Positions 45,001 through 45,940 of a DNA stretch of 45,940 bases are shown in pieces (the stretch's first letter is position 1; each line of letters starts with the position of its first letter). Source of the DNA: Paraglomus brasilianum (taxonomy: Eukaryota); contig CAJVPI010000175.1 of the NCBI GenBank assembly GCA_910592345.1, positions 1 through 45,940 of the forward strand, written 5' to 3'. Made by a program: the position numbers and the translations under genes. Under the pieces are notes generated by a model. That model had not been told where the DNA came from, searched no databases, and saw nothing but the letters and a program-made list of their open reading frames with translations.

Positions 45001-45281
45001 TCCCTGTGAGGTATAAACAATATTAACATCCATATTTTCCAACAGCTCTCCGCCTTGTTTCTTATATCGCTACCTTTACTTGTACGATCAGTCCTCGATC
45101 CAGACATTCTTCCCGTACACCAAAAAGTATTCCTTGACTGGCTGTTTCAATCTCTGGTTTGAGTCTTATGAAAACATCTGTACGCAAGGGGAAACGAAAG
45201 CGGCGAATTAGGCGTTGTCGGAGTAGGTAGGCGAGTAGCAGTATATTTGTATGTACCCTTGGGTATTTCGATCAGTGGCAT
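42022..45281 (-). CDS. Hypothetical multi-exon protein with long acidic / low-complexity regions
   Basis: Spliceable chain MPLIEIPK|DVFIRLKPEIETASQGILFGV...|GFLPY...VLG|..DYALEFYF...|DCDVPVF..., followed by two long ORFs (43435-44360, 42022-43200). Some exon junctions are uncertain. Confidence 0.6.
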
Positions 45282-45940
45282 GGCTGTTGTTGCCCGTTGT
45301 CAATTGAAGAATCGAGTTGTGATTTTGACGGGTTGTGACGCATAATAAACAATAAACGTCCGAGAAGTAAAGTGGTAACTCGGTATATTATGTAATTAGT
45401 AATCATATTAGGTAGGTATTTATTGCAAATTTATTACGTCAGACATAAGCATACAGAGTTACACTGTCTTTCAATGCTAGTTCTTCGCGGCTTTGTAACC
45501 ACTTAAGAGCGGAAACCACTTTCTTAGAGAGGATTATGGCAGGAGATTGATATCACTATACTAATACGAGTTTATTCTGCTTAAATACATAATTCGTGCT
45601 GTATTTTTCCATGCTCAAGCATTTTAGTAATTGCAATCAGAAAATACAATTGCAGGGATTCTTTTTCCTCAGACACATGAACTTTTTGAATAAAATGAAA
45701 TTTGATTATTTTACTTATTCTTAATAATTAAATGCTAATAATTATATTATCTTTAGTACTGAATGCTAAATAAAAAAAGCAGTACAAAGAATTAATACTG
45801 ATATTTGTTATTCTTGATACAACGGTAACTCGCATATGACTGGTTCTTTCCTGCACCTTCGTGTTTACAGTAACGTGCAAAAGTATCCTACCGGTTGTAT
45901 CATCTAAACGTACATAATAATAACTCCTTAAATTTTCCAG

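Overview
This is intron-rich (GT-AG) fungal nuclear DNA. Gene content and style suggest an early-diverging fungus, probably Mucoromycota/Glomeromycotina (inference). Two gene-dense blocks flank a roughly 8.5 kb gene-poor stretch (about 12.0-20.5 kb) of MITEs and decayed ORFs. The left block holds an NPC2/ML lipid-transfer protein, RNA Pol III subunit RPC34 and a full-length ABCB/MDR transporter. The right block holds a Pro/Thr-rich orphan, TOE1, RPS26, a Tea4/Bud14-like SH3 protein with 45 consecutive Q, mitochondrial uL13, JAC1/HscB, QCR7, VPS29, RIX7/NVL, a MYND/MSS51-like protein and an acidic hypothetical protein. The most striking signal, missed by the ORF track, lies at about 14.1-14.85 kb. 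It is a decayed, intronless piece of bacterial-type DNA: the N-terminal part of asparaginyl-tRNA synthetase, with TGA at the conserved Trp, back-to-back with a MazF/PemK toxin fragment and a probable antitoxin fragment. This looks like DNA from a genetic-code-4 Mollicutes endosymbiont fossilised in the host nucleus. Other leads are a TGA at the conserved C-terminal Trp of JAC1, an H/ACA-like structured RNA in RPS26 intron 1, and a MITE just upstream of the MYND gene. All calls come from manual reading and translation; no database searches were run.
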